Numbered from the stretch's first letter, positions 15,437-28,903 are shown. The stretch: DNA of 64,000 bases from Octopus vulgaris (GCA_951406725.2 OX597831.1:44082001-44146000); one strand, 5' to 3'. Program-made: numbers and translations. Notes: generated by a model not told the origin, from the sequence alone.

Positions 15437-16200
15437 CATGTATGGATGGATGTATGAATGTATGCATATGTGTGTATCTATGTATGTGTGTGTGTATGTA
15501 CGTATGTATGTATGTATGTATGTGTGTATGTATGTATGAATGTATGTATGTATGTATGTATGTATGTATGTATGTATGTATGTATGTATGTATGCATGCA
15601 TGCATGTATGTATGCATGTATGTATATATGTATGTATGTATGTATGAATGAATGTATGTATGTATGTATGTATGCATTATGTATGTATGTATGTATGTAT
15701 GGATGTATGAATGTATGCATATGTGTGTATCTATGTATGTGTGTGTGTATGTACGTATGTATGTATGTGTGTATGTATAAATGTATGTATGTATGTATGT
15801 ATGTATGTATGTATGTATGTATGTATGTATGTATGTATGCATGTATGTATGTATGCATGTATGTATGCATTAGCTCTTTGTGTTTCAGGCATAGAAACTC
15901 GTCATAAACTTTCACGGGATCATAGTTGAAACTTTATCTCAAAGCTGAAAAATCTTTGATAATAGATTTACTCAACTACAGCCGACCTGGGAACTCAACC
16001 GCATTTCTGTAGACAGTTTCTTACTTACAGGGTCAGAATAAAAATAATGATGATTACCTGTTCGGTTTATTCTAATGGAATGAAACGATCAGATGCGGCT
16101 AATTGGACGCTGGCGATTTAGAGCGGTTGACTGGACATTCAACCTGTTTTGGTGACAGCATGTTTTCGCAATGGAGGCAAACACGTACGCAGAAATATAC

Positions 16201-16247
<47 letters not shown>

Positions 16248-16248
<1 letters not shown>

Positions 16249-16632
16249 TAGCGTTGCTCGGGTTCGTAAGGGAAATAACTATATAAGCATTTTTAGAGAG
16301 TTATAGCAAAAAAATAGCAAAATAATGCATTAAAAATGGGAAAAAAATGATGGTAAATTTTTTTTAAATCGTTGACTCATCGTAGACATTTTTAGAGAGT
16401 TACTTCCCTTATATAATATCGAAAAAATGCATTAAAATGGAAAAAAATTATGGTAAATTTTTTTTAAAAATCGTAGACTCATCGTAGACGCGCGCTAATA
16501 CCCAGAAGGGCTCGATATGAATCACGACTATAAGATACCCGGTTTTGGTTAAACTGCACCGCAAAATGTGGGAGTAGTTAGGAATCTAAATCGTAGGAGA
16601 CAGACACACAACTTCCCTTTTATATATAAAGA
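16248..16632 (-). mobile_element. Non-autonomous Helitron-like element
   Basis: Minus strand starts TCTTTATATATAAAAG and ends CTAG, inserted between A and T in (AT)n; ~99-bp internal duplication; 3' hairpin partly lost. Confidence 0.65.
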
Positions 16633-16650
16633 TATATATATATATATATA

Positions 16651-16958
16651 TATCACGTGATCACGTGACCGGCCAGACCATCAGACGTTGTTACACATCG
16701 CTGGTCACAAAGCGTTCGCATTGTTTTAGCCTTCGAATGACGCCACCCCGTTGGCTTAGCGAGCAGGCCAACAGAAGAAAGAGTGGGAGAAAGAGTGGTG
16801 AAAGAGTACAGCAGGGATCACCACCCCCTGCCGGAGCCTCGTGGAGCTTTTAGGTGTTTTCGCTCAATAAACACTCACAACGCCCGGTCTGGGAATCGAA
16901 ACCACGATCCTACGACCGCGAGTCCACTGCCCTAACCACTGGGCCATTGCACCTCCAC
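16651..16958 (-). mobile_element. tRNA-derived SINE, family C (head GTGGAGG.GCAATGGCCCAGTGGTTAGG), tail type 1
   Basis: A box and B box GGTTTCGATTCCC; tail ending in CACGTGAT repeats; another copy at 48865-49102 and a tail at 54032-54161. Confidence 0.8.
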
Positions 16959-16984
16959 ACACACATATATATATATATATATAT

Positions 16985-17174
16985 AGGATATCCCCCAAGA
17001 ACAAACACTAAATAAACAACAACGCCAGGATGTGGTACATGTAAACTATTAGCAGACGCTCAGGGAAGGAAAGAAAGGTGGTTTTACGTTTCGAGCAACG
17101 ATCTTGTTCAGAAACTGGAGACAGAGGAAAGTTCAATAGAAAAGTAAGACGGACGATAAAAAGAATCGCCAACG

Positions 17175-17180
<6 letters not shown>
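16985..17180 (-). mobile_element. Short Penelope-type non-autonomous repeat with degenerate hammerhead motif
   Basis: Minus strand GTTT CTGAACA A GA...TC GAAA CGTA AAAC; shares the ACGCTCAGG segment with 21195-21425 and 27205-27391. Confidence 0.55.
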
Positions 17181-17245
<65 letters not shown>

Positions 17246-17632
17246 CTAGCAGCATAGCCCGGCGTTGCCCGGGTATGTAAGAGCCCCTAGTAGGCAACGA
17301 CTAATCCCAATCTAGTCCTTTCTCTCTAGGGAACGGAGGCGCATGTGTAGGTTCCTAGCTGTCCCTTTGGGCGATAAAAAGGTCGAGTTGTGTCCCCTAG
17401 ACAGAAATGTGTTGCATATAAAAAGCTTAGATTCTCGACCACGTGTCGAATTTATCGATTATTTTCAGAACTGGGGGAACTTTTCAAAATTTTCGCTGTG
17501 TTAGTTTTGAATTATGACATTGGGCTATGTGTGTGTCAAGTTTCATCAGAATCGGTTGAAAGCCGTGGTCAGGGTGAGGGTACAACCTGACAGATACACA
17601 GACAGACAAACTGCCGTTTATATATAGAGAGA
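17246..17632 (-). mobile_element. Non-autonomous Helitron
   Basis: 5' TCTCTCTATATATAAA, 3' hairpin CCCGGGCAACGCCGGG and terminal CTAG, A/T target. Confidence 0.8.
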
Positions 17633-17634
17633 TA

Positions 17635-18421
17635 CTAGCTTAAAAGCCTGAATGGGAAGATCTGCAAACAGATCTCTGACTTGTTTTGGAGAATTTGTTG
17701 CAATTACTTCCTCCAGAGTTTTATCCCAATGATGATCACATTTGTCGCAAAAAAATCATGTAAAAAGAAAATCGCCGAAAACAATCGCAGTAATGAAAAC
17801 ATAGGAATCCAAAATTTCAGGATTGCAAGTCCAGATTCGGCCCGGAATGTTTTTAATTTACTTACAGTATTAGCCTTTAGATAATAAAAATTGTTGCAAA
17901 AAAATTTGTGGCAAAAAGTCAAGTAAAATATTCGCCGTAAACAATCACAGTAATGATAACTTGAGAATCCAAAATTTCAGGATTGTGGGTCCGGATTTGG
18001 CCCCGGAATGCTTTTAATTTACTCACGGAGTCAGCCTGATTCCAAAATGGTATGATATGTTGGGCTACGGCATCTATGAGAAAGTTGTAAAAATGTGACA
18101 TACTGATACACTGTCATTTACATCTATTATATTATATTATATTGTATTATATTATACTAAGACGGTGAGCTGGCAGAATCGTTAGCATACAAGGCGAAAT
18201 GCTTCGCGGTATTTCGTCTGCCGCTACGTTCTGAGTTCAAATTCCGCCGAGATCGACTTTGCCTTTTATCCTTTCGGGGGTCGATAAAATTAACACCAGT
18301 TACGTACTGGGGGTAGATGTAATCCCTTCCTCCAAAATTTGAGGCCTTGTGCTTCCATTAGAAGGGATTTATTACAGTTGAAATATTGTGACATGCTGAC
18401 ATTCACATTTATTATATCAGA
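17635..18421 (-). mobile_element. Helitron-like element abutting the previous one, interrupted by SINE B (18158-18372)
   Basis: CTAG end at 17635; internal ~160-bp duplication (17770-17880 vs 17930-18040); TC-like 5' end near 18421. Confidence 0.5.
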
Positions 18422-18757
18422 TATGTTTAATTTTGGGAGAAACTTTATTTCAATTAAAGTGTATTTTATGTGTGTGTATTAAAGAAAGCAAAAAATAAAA
18501 CAAAAATAATAGAGTTCAGTATGTTGGCGACAGGAATTTCTGTCAAAGAGACACGGTTAAACAAAGTTGTGCATCAGCTCCCTTTTTCTCTCACACACCC
18601 ATACTTTCTCTCTCTCTTATTATTACTCTCACTGCCACCATCAACACTACTACTTCTAATAAAGCACCACAACTCTCCCTAAATGTCTTTGTCTCTTTTT
18701 CTGTCCCTCTCTTTTTCTTTCTATCACTTTCTTTCTTTCTCACTGTCTTTTTCTTTG

Positions 18758-18917
<160 letters not shown>

Positions 18918-19399
18918 CAGAGAGACAGACAGACAGTGAGAGAGACAGAGACAGAGACAAAGAGAGCGAGAGAGAGACATTACACGTATATACTCAAATT
19001 AACAGAGAGGAGGGAAGAGATGGAGAGAACGAGAAGAACTTTTAAACATTTAATGTCAAATAAGTCAGCGTCGAATCGGTGGCGCCAAAACGGCAGTGCC
19101 AGAACGTTTCACATCTATATTTTGAATAGCTCCTAGTGTGACTCGAGCTTATACTCTGTTTCTGCCAGATTTTTTCTTCAATCGAGGGTACCCACAACCA
19201 AGAATAAGTACCGTCATCTCCTGGACTCAAGTCACCATCCGTACCATCACTCTCCTAACATTCATATGCACACCCACAGACTGGATCTCAATCTGCCTTC
19301 CACCCGTCCATTAGAAGGCACACATTTCTGTAACTTTCAACATCTACTTTTTCATCCTGTAACTGTTCCTCTTTTCTGTAACGCTTCATGACTCCATAA

Positions 19400-20160
19400 C
19401 GAGAGAGAGAGAGGGGGTGGTAGAGAGAGGGAGAGAGAGGGGTGGTGGAGGAAAATAAAGACAGAAAGAGAGAGAGGGAAATAGAGAGTGGGAGAGAGAG
19501 AAAGAGGGAGAAAGAAAGGGAGAAAGAGGGAGAGAGAGGGAGAAAGATAGGGAGAGATAAGAGAGAGAGGAGGTATGGAGGAGAATAAAGACAGAAAGAG
19601 AGAGGGAAATAGAGAGTGGGTGAGAGAGAAGGAGAGATAGAGAAAGAGAGAGGGGGGAGAGGGGAGAGATAGATAGAGAGAAAGATAGGGATATGGAGGG
19701 AGATAAAGACGGAGAGAGAGATGGGGGTATGGAGGGAGATAAAGGCAGAAAGACAAAGAGAGAGAAAGAGGGAGAAAGAAAGGGAGAAAGAAAGGGAGAA
19801 AGAGGGAGAGAGAGGAGAAAGATAGGGAGAGATAGAGAGAGAGGGGTATGGAGGAGAATAAAGACAGAAAGAGAGAGGAAAATAGAGAGTGGGTGAGAGA
19901 GAGGGAGAGATAGAGAAAGAGAGAGAGAGGGGGAGAGATAGATAGAGAAAAAGATAGGGATATGGAGGGAGATAAAGACGGAGAGAGAGATGGGGGTATG
20001 GAGGGAGATAAAGGCAGAAAGACAAAGAGAGAGAGAGATGGAGGAAAATAAAGATGGAGAGAGAGAGAAAGTGAGAGGGAGAGAGAGAGAAAGAGGGAGA
20101 GATGGAGAGAGAGATGGGGGTAAGGAGGGAGATAAAGACAGAAAGAAGAGAGAGAATAAA
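19400..20160 (+). repeat. Polypurine (GA-rich) tract with ~270-bp higher-order duplication
   Basis: Block ggtatggaggagaataaagacagaaagag...ggcagaaagacaaagag occurs at ~19572 and ~19845. Confidence 0.8.
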
Positions 20161-20411
20161 ATCCTTTCAGCCTTTTAGAAGCTCGCAACAACCCTCCCCG
20201 TAGCCACACCTAACCTTTTAAGCATTTTCACAAGTTTGTCCCAAACGTTCATGCTTGTTTTCAGTCATTCTAGTTAGACCTTCCAAACGTTCTGAGTTGC
20301 ATAAAACTTACCTTTGGTAAGTCCAAAATTACTCAGGTGACTGGAAAATAAACTGGGAATGTTTATCATATATGATGCATGGGATATTAAGGAAGTATGT
20401 CCATGTTGAAT

Positions 20412-20797
20412 GGATGGAAGCACTCCGTCGGTTACGACGACGAGGGTTCCGGTTGATCCGAATCAACGGAAAAGCCTGCTCGTGAAATTAACGTGTAAGT
20501 AGCTGAGCATTCCACAGACACGTGTACCCTTAACGTAGTTCTCGGGGATATTCAGCGTGACACGGAGAGTGACAAGGCCGGCCCTTTGAAATACAGGTAC
20601 AATAGAAACAGGAAGTAAGAGTGAGAGAAAGTTGTGGTGAAAGAGTACAGCAGGGATCACCACCATCCCCTGCCGGAGCCTCGTGGAGCTTGTGTTTTCG
20701 CTCAATAAACACTCGCAACGCCCGGTCTGGGAATCAAAACCGCGATCCTATGACCGCGAGTCCGCTGCCCTAACCACTGGGCCATTGCGCCTCCACA
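20412..20797 (-). mobile_element. SINE family C head with tail type 2, 10-bp TSD
   Basis: Same head as 16651-16958 but a different 3' half; TSD catgttgaat on both sides. Confidence 0.85.
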
Positions 20798-21116
20798 CAT
20801 GTTGAATACAAGATAAGCAAAGGGTTAAGTCTTTGCCAGTTTAAAGGATTTTTATAAATTTGTCCTAAACATTCATGATTTCTTTTTTATTTTCAGACAT
20901 TTAGGTAGCCTTTGTTTCATACGTTCTAAGAAATATGAAGCTTTCCTTTCCTAAGTCCTAAGTTACTCTAGTGCAGTGTTTCTCAATCTTTTTTACCATT
21001 GCGTGACCCTTAAAATAAATTACATGTTTCAAGGAACCTCTGCATAAAAAAAAATTATATACCATATCTTTCTCATGCTTTTTTTTCATCGTAGTTCACG
21101 TGGTAAATATCATATA

Positions 21117-21194
<78 letters not shown>

Positions 21195-21196
<2 letters not shown>

Positions 21197-21425
21197 GGGG
21201 CGAATTCACAAAAAAAAACAAAAGACGAAAACAGGTGGTGTAGACAACAAACAGATGTATTAGTATAACGCTCAGGAAGTGAAAAAGAAGAAAAAGTCTT
21301 TAACGTTTCGAGCCTACGCTCTTCCACAGAAAGGAACACAGAAAGAAACAAGGAGAGAAGATAATAAAGAATGTGTAGTGGCTAGCGATCTATCATGGCG
21401 AATGCCGGTCAGAAGGGTCACGCAG
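21195..21425 (-). mobile_element. Short Penelope-type repeat with hammerhead-like motif
   Basis: Minus strand CTTT CTGTGGA A GAGC GTAG GCTC GAAA CGTT AAAG; homologous to 27205-27391. Confidence 0.65.
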
Positions 21426-24400
21426 GAGAGAGTCATTCTCATTTGGAGCCTTATAATTTGAAACACTCACCGGTAAAATTTCCACTCATTTCCTTCGTTA
21501 TTTTTCTAAAATTTTCGTTGCGCTTTTCAACCTTTTCAATAGTTGTTGACTCTGTCCGTTATTCACATTGCATTCTTTTCTTGTTTGTGTGCATGTGTGT
21601 GGGTCAGTGTGTGTGTGTGTGTGTGTGTGTGCATACACATGTATGTATGTATGCATGTATGTGTGGGTGTGCATATGTATACATGTATGTATGTGTTCTG
21701 CATATTCATGTGTTTGCGTGTCCGTGTTTGTGTGTGTTTGCATGTGTGTGTGTGTGTGTGTATGGGATTTTTGCAACTATGTACTGTGTTTGTATATATG
21801 GATGTGTATCTCCATATGTGTGAGCGTGTGTCTCCATATGTGTGAGCGTGTGTCTCCATATGTGTGAGCGTGTGTCTCCATATGTGTACTTGTGTGAAGT
21901 AATGTGTGTGTGTATCTATGGTCATGTGTTTCAGACTTCATTTATGTACGTGTGTGCATGTGTGCTTGTCTGTTCATATAACCTATGTACCTATCTGTCT
22001 GTATGTCTATCTGTTTATTTTCATATCCATATGCATACATACATGTGTATATACATATACACACACACCCACACACACACACACATACACACATCTATCT
22101 ACATAACAGCCTACTAACTATTCTACTCTACCCGTATAAACTGTGGGTATGGGGGTATGATATCTACTACGTATATTTCCTATCTAATATTGGGGAAATT
22201 TCATTTATGAGGACGTACTCTTGTATTTGTCTGACTGCTGGGTAATTTGGGTCTTTGGATAAGATGCGGATGTCAAGTTGACCCATGTTGCCTCCATGTT
22301 GATCCTTGGCATGTTGGTAGAGAATGGAGGACTGTTTTTTGTTGTCATATTGTCTCAGATGTCCATTTAGTCGTTCCGTAATGCTCCTAGATGTCCTAGA
22401 TGTCTCCCCTATTGATGTCATGTTCATGTCTTTACAAGCACCTTCTATACATCTTATGCCGTAAACTGCATTTCTAGTTCTACAGTTAATGCCAGGAATA
22501 ATCCTACATACCATGTAATTATCATTGGTGCATATGGTATTCTTAAAGGGGTACGTCCTATATAGTTGTGATCTGACGGAGTTCCCTGGCTTTTCAACAA
22601 TATTAATGTTGAGCTTGGTCTCCTTCAGAACTTTCCTAATCTACAGGCTAGTTCTCTATGGGCTGTGACCTCTACAAACATCACTCTTTGATATTTGTCG
22701 CTTTTATACCACATGTTCACCCTGTTTGCCTTGTCACAAGTTCTTTGTATCCTATTCCAGTCTTAGTTTCTATATCTAGGGCAGTTACCACTGGTATCAT
22801 TACATATGATGTTATCTAATTTCTTTCTAGCACCCCTGGATACTTGAACCCTATCTTTCTGATCATATCCAGAGAATTGTATGCGGTGCATGAAGTTCTG
22901 TACATGTTTTTTCGTTTCATAGGGTTTGTATAGTGGGGACACGTTGTTCATTATCCTAACGAAGTCTGCTATCAGTATGTTAATTTCCATATTGTTTGAC
23001 AAAGCTGAGTTGTGAACAACATATTTTGAAGCTATAGGTTTCATGTAATAAGAGCGGTGGAGCTGCACTCTACTGTTCACAGTCTCTAACCAAAGTTCAA
23101 TATCAAGTACGGGGAGTCTATTGTTGGGGTGCCTAGTGGGGTAATCTATAGTTACCTTGATACTCTGGTAGATGTTAGCTATTTGCTGGATGCTCTCCAT
23201 TGCGTTCCTATCAGTTTCTACATTACCGTTACTAGAGTTGATCTTGACTATGATATTAATGTCATCTACATACCTACTGTAGAGTAGAAGAGTTGTGAAC
23301 TGTTCTGCTAAGGATTGCTTAAGTTTTCTGTCCCACCATGTCATGAAGAGGCTGGCCACATCGCCAGCTACACCAACACCAATGGCTGCATCTTGAACTA
23401 GCATGTATATTTTTTTGTTAAACTTTACAATGTGGTTCTTCAAGGTGGCTTTTACCTGATTGTTGTTCTCTGGGTCTTGGGAGGGTACGGTCCAACCACT
23501 CTAGCGCTCTGTGGAGCTTTTCTTCACTGCTGAGGTGATGGTGGGTGGTCTTCCCCTCTGTGACCTAGAGGGGCTGAATTTACTGAGGTCATGATCGTTT
23601 AAATAGTTACTGTCGTAGCTTAGTCTCAAGAGGAGACCCAGTTCCTCACGGAACTCTACTTCACTCTCACAGATTGCCTCAATGAATTTCTCCACAGCAC
23701 AATCTATATCTATAGATGGGTACAGTGAAATCACATCCATACTATCCACTACACAACATGTGAGGTCGTTGGAGTAGTTGCAAGTACTGATTTTACTGAG
23801 ATCTTCCATGTTCACACAGACATCTGGAGACATCTCTATGAGAGGTCGTAACACATGTGAGAGGAAGTATGATAGTCTATAGTTGCTGGAGATATTCGCT
23901 CCGCAAACTGGTCTGGTTGGGGGCCCCATGACAGGGCTTATGTAGGGTTTGTGGTCTTTGCGTAATCCGCATAGGGTAGGAACATCATTGTTGGATGCTT
24001 GGAAATTGTGTGCAGTCTGTTTCTTAAGTTGGAACATGTTGCACAACATTCCCATGTGTGCATTGAGGAGTTTTTCCACACTTTTATGTTTCTGTGATGC
24101 AACTTCTCTCATGCTGCTGTTGTGTTGTTGCATGGTCTGGACATAGTTCTATGAACTGTCTATTGACAGTCTGCCAGACTTGTCCGTAGAAAGGCACACT
24201 AATTCCCTGTTCCTAATTCGCTGTTTCACTTTTTGTAGACCTTTGGCAACAGATGAACTGAGTTGGTAGGTCCCCTCCTCACTGTATTTTTTAGTGGGTT
24301 TGTTGTACCGGTCTAAGATGTATCACAGTCTATTTCTAGCTAAGGAGATCTTTGCTTCTGTTTCACTATCAATTTGGGGTGGGATATATACCCTTTTATT

Positions 24401-26302
24401 GAAAGGTAAGTCTGTGGGGTAGATCCTCATCATGTCATAAGATTTGTTGCTAGGGTTATAGATGACAGAGTGTAGAGTGTCGTCATTGTGGTTGTTGTTG
24501 TTATAGTTGCTGGCATTATTGTTGCTATTGCTGGTGGTGGTGGTAGTGGTGGTGGTGGTGGTGGTGGTAGTGGTGCTTGTATTGTGCCCATCGTTGTTGT
24601 TGTTATTGTTGTGGGTGGTGTTGGTGTTGATGTGGGTAGTATTGTTGGTAGTGGTGGTGGATGATGTTGTTGGTATTGTTGTCTGTGTGTAGGACGTTGT
24701 TGTCATTGTTGCTGTTGCTATTATCATCGTTATTGTTGTTATTATAACAGCTGTTTCTGTTTCGTATGCTTCTGTTGTTGTTGTAGTTGTTGTTGTTGTT
24801 ATAGTTGTCTGAGTGAGGAATGTTGCTGTTGTCATTATTGTTATTGTTATTGCCATTATTATTGTTGTCATCAACATTGCTATTGTTATTGTTGTTGTTT
24901 TGGTTTCGTATGTTTGTGTTATTGTTGTTGTTGTTATTGCTGTATTGTCCTAACCTCCATCTTAATTTTAAGAACGTTTTTTTTTTTCAATTTCCGATAA
25001 TTTTTCTTACCTTTTTATATGCAGTGGATTTTGGTGGTAACTCTAAATCATGCATTTCATCTGTATCTAGCTGTGCTGCACCATATATTCCAGTGGTGTA
25101 TTTGTTGTTGTTGTTGTTGGCGGTGGAGGTATTGTTTTTTCGGTGTCCTGGCGCCGAAATCCTCTAGTAGTTTACATTCCGACATGACAATCCCATCGAT
25201 ACTGTTTGGGTATTTGTATTGTTTCTTACCATGTTGGGATTGTTATTGTTACTGTTTCATCCACTTGACTTTGTTGTTGAAGTGTTTGTTACAGGCATGG
25301 TTTACTCGGCGGTATTCTTGTTGGATGTTTGTCATGAATCTGTCTCTTTCGTGTGGTGTAGTGGTGTTTTTCTTTTTTTTTTTACTTCATGCAGCAAGAC
25401 TCTCTTTCGTTTCTGGTACTGGTTGATTTCTGTGTATATTTTCTTTTTGATCTTTTGTAACATTGTGTGCTTTAGTTTTCTTGGTTGACGTTATGTGAGT
25501 TCTAACCGCTTGACAGCCGAATTGACAGATTTCGTGTATAGCTTGGAGGAGATGCTTGTTTTAATGAAGTGGAGTTGTCGGGTAGCTATCTTGATTTTTA
25601 GACAGCACAACATGGTGTTTCTCAGCGTTTTGCTAGCTTGGCCAGAGTTTATTTCATTTCGCTTTGGGATTTGGTTTACAAGATTCTTTGTGTGAGTTCG
25701 TGTGTTGAACATATTTTGTTGTGTCTGGGGAGAGCCATTCTCATTTGGAGCCTTATAATTTAACACACTCACCGGTAAAATTTCCACTCATTTCCTTCTT
25801 TATTTTTCTAAAATTTTCGTTGCGTCTTGCAAACTTTTCGATATTTGTTGACATTTGATATTTATTCACACAGCGTTCTTTTCTTTTGTTTGTGTGCATA
25901 TGTGTGGGTCAGTGTGTGTGTGTGCATACACATGTATGTATGCATGCATGTGTGTGTATGCATGTATGTGTGCGAGTGCATATGTATACATGTATGTATG
26001 TGTGTACATTTGTATGTATGTATTCTGCATAGTCATGTGTATAGTCATGTGTTTCTATGTCCGTATTTGTGTTTTTATGTATGTATGTGGGTGTTTGTAT
26101 GTGTGTGTGTGTGTATGTATGTATGTATACCTCTGTCTCCTTGTGTGTGCATGTCTGAGTGCGTGTGTGAGTGTATGTGTTTTTTGCAACTATGTACTGT
26201 GTGCTAAATAATAAGGCACTAAAAGAGAATGATTCTCCCCAGACACAACAGAATATGCTTCAACACACGAACTCACATAAAGAATCATTGCAAACCAAAT
26301 CC
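21426..26302 (-). mobile_element. Penelope-like retroelement, near full length, with direct and inverted pLTRs
   Basis: RT and GIY-YIG pseudo-ORF; direct repeat 21426-21790 vs 25728-26200; inverted copy 26200-26302 of 25667-25766. Confidence 0.9.
22167..25700 (-). pseudogene. Penelope-like RT plus GIY-YIG endonuclease ORF (frameshifted; Nematis/Neptune-type by motif recall)
   Basis: HKP...PTRPVCGA, SMDVISLYPSID, MTWWDRKL, YSRYVDDIN, LPVLDIELW, SGY; Cys-rich linker; AVYGIRC...SIGETSR...ERLNGH...HAKDQH...RQIQE; N-terminal TDLPFNKRVY region with an expanded low-complexity insert. Confidence 0.9.
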
Positions 26303-26623
26303 AATATATATATTCTTTTCTACTCTAGGCACAAGGTCCGAAATTTCGGGGGAGCCAAAATTAACGTTTCTCCTTCTACTCCAAATGTTTTTCTCCTCAA
26401 TAATATTTATGTATATACAGACGTTTTTGTTTTTTTTGTGTTGATTTTTACAAATGTATGAGTGTGTATATATAGATATGGGTATACATGCATGTAGATA
26501 CGTGTCAATATGTGGATGGCCATGTGTGTGCAAATGTGCACTTATAGCTCTCTGTTTCTTTCTCCCCTTCTTCCTCTCTTCTCTCTCTCTCTCTCCCTCT
26601 CTCGTTTCACACACACAGACACA

Positions 26624-26670
<47 letters not shown>

Positions 26671-26775
26671 TATTTCTTAATTCAAACTTCCAATTCCGCC
26701 TTAACTTAATCTAGAAGAGATTGTCTCCCCTTACGATAGCTGACCACCAGGGGCACAGTAAGCATACATATATGT

Positions 26776-26851
<76 letters not shown>

Positions 26852-27122
26852 GTGTGTGTGTGTGCGTGTGTGTGTGAAGTCCATTACATAATTTCTTGTT
26901 CCTTTCTCATTCATATGATTTTTCATGGCGCTTTATACTAGACTAACGTTTTTTTTTTCTGAAACATGTCTACTGAGTTCTAAGACCAGAGCCAGGCGGA
27001 TGTGAAAATGGTGGCTTCTCCAGACAGAGAGTGTGTTATGTTGATGTGTATGTTGAGTATGAAGTCTGTTAAACCATTTGTATATACGTATATATGCATG
27101 TATATGTACATATATATGTGTG

Positions 27123-27184
<62 letters not shown>

Positions 27185-27204
27185 GTATGTATGTATTTAT
27201 ATAT

Positions 27205-27391
27205 CGCCATGATAGATCATTAGCCACTACACACATTTTTTATCTCCTTGTTTTTTTCTGTGTCCCTTTCTGTAGAAGAGCGTAGGCTCGAAACGTAAAA
27301 GACTATTTCTATTCCTGAGCGTTATACTAGTACATCTGTTTGTTTTGTACACCACCTGTCTTCGTGTTTTGACTTTTTCGTAAACTCTCCC
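27205..27391 (+). mobile_element. Short Penelope-type repeat with hammerhead-like motif
   Basis: CTTT CTGTAGA A GAGC GTAG GCTC GAAA CGTA AAAG (27266-27301); flanked by (AT)n. Confidence 0.65.
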
Positions 27392-27435
27392 TATATATAT
27401 ATATATATATATATATGCATTATGCATACTATTAT

Positions 27436-27903
27436 GTGTAGGAGTGGCTGTGTGGTAAGTAGCTTGCTTACCAACCACATGGTTCTGGGTTCAGTCCCAC
27501 TGCGTGGCACCTTGGGCGAGTGTCTTCTACTATAGCCTCGGGCCGAACAAAGCCTTGTGAGTGGATTTGTTAGACGGAAACTGAAAGAAGTCCGTCGTAT
27601 ATATGTATGTATATATGTGTGTGTGTGTGTATGTGCGTGTGTGTGTATGTGTGTGTGTGTGTGTGTGTGTGTTTACATTTGTATATATACGTTTGTGTGT
27701 CTGTGTTTGTCCCCCCAACATCGCTTGACAACCGATGCTGGTGTGTTTACGTCCCTGTAACTTAGCAGTTCGGCAAAAGAGACCGATAGAATAAGTACTA
27801 GGCTTACAAAGAATAAGTCCTGGGGTCGATTTGCTCGACTAAAGGCGGTGCTCCAGCATGGTCACAGTCAAATAACCGAAACAAGTAAAAGAGTAAGAGA
27901 GTA
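27436..27903 (+). mobile_element. SINE family A, full length
   Basis: Complete head, internal microsatellite and tail. Confidence 0.9.
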
Positions 27904-28002
27904 TATAATTATTATTGTTTTAATCCGGTCAAAAACCGATCGACCCGACCTATGATAAACGACGCTTAAGCCAGTTGGAACAATCTTAACTTTTGTAAGC
28001 TC

Positions 28003-28218
28003 TCTTTACTCTTTTACTCTTTTACTCTTTTACTTGTTTCAGTCATTTGACTGCGGCCATGCTGGAGCACCGCCTTTAGTCGAGCAAATCGACCCCGGGA
28101 TTTATTCTTTGTAAGCCCAGTACTTATTCTATCGGTCTCTTTTTGCCAAACCGCTAAGTGACGGGGACGTAAACACATCAACATCGGTTGTCAAGCAATG
28201 CTAGGGGGACAAACACAG

Positions 28219-28286
<68 letters not shown>

Positions 28287-28443
28287 GACAGGCTTCTTTC
28301 AGTTTCCGTCTACCAAATTCACTCACAAGGCATTGGTCGGCCCAAGGCTATAGCAGAAGACACTTGCCCAAGGTGCCACGCAGTGGGATTGAACCCGGAA
28401 CCATGGTTGGTTAGCAAGCTACTTACCACACAGCCACTCCCGC
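28003..28443 (-). mobile_element. SINE family A, full length, inverted relative to 27436-27903
   Basis: Reverse complement of the neighbouring copy, about 100 bp away. Confidence 0.9.
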
Positions 28444-28903
28444 GTAACATTAACTAATGTAATCTACCTTTATTTAGGAAAACTTACTGGGGCTCATTCG
28501 AGGGAGTTTTGGGCTGCTATTTCTACGTACCACACCGACCGATCACGTGGGAGCTTGCCCATTGGATCACTAATTACTTGGCGTTCAGATGTGAATCACG
28601 AAATCCATTCTGGAATTTTCAATTGCCAACAGGGTGAATTGGAGAAGATCAGATCAATTTCTCACTCGTACGTCGTCTAGGATCGTTTCTTCAGAAAGCA
28701 CTCTTGCTGAAAGGATGATGTATATATTTGAGTTGTTCGTAATTCGTTCGTAAACCTTTAATACTTGGGTTACATTGTTTTATTACAAGATCATTGAATA
28801 ACGCATTGTGAGAGGGGGTTTTTGTTACGAATAAATTCGATTTACAATCTGCGTCACTTTTCATTGGTAATATATGTATTGTCTGAGTACATATACATAT
28901 AAT

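Noticed and set aside
16880-16958. tRNA genes
   Set aside because: tRNA-like A/B boxes are SINE heads continuing into SINE bodies; no proper cloverleaf or acceptor stem.
19140-19400. Possible LINE 3' fragment
   Set aside because: No convincing motif in any frame.
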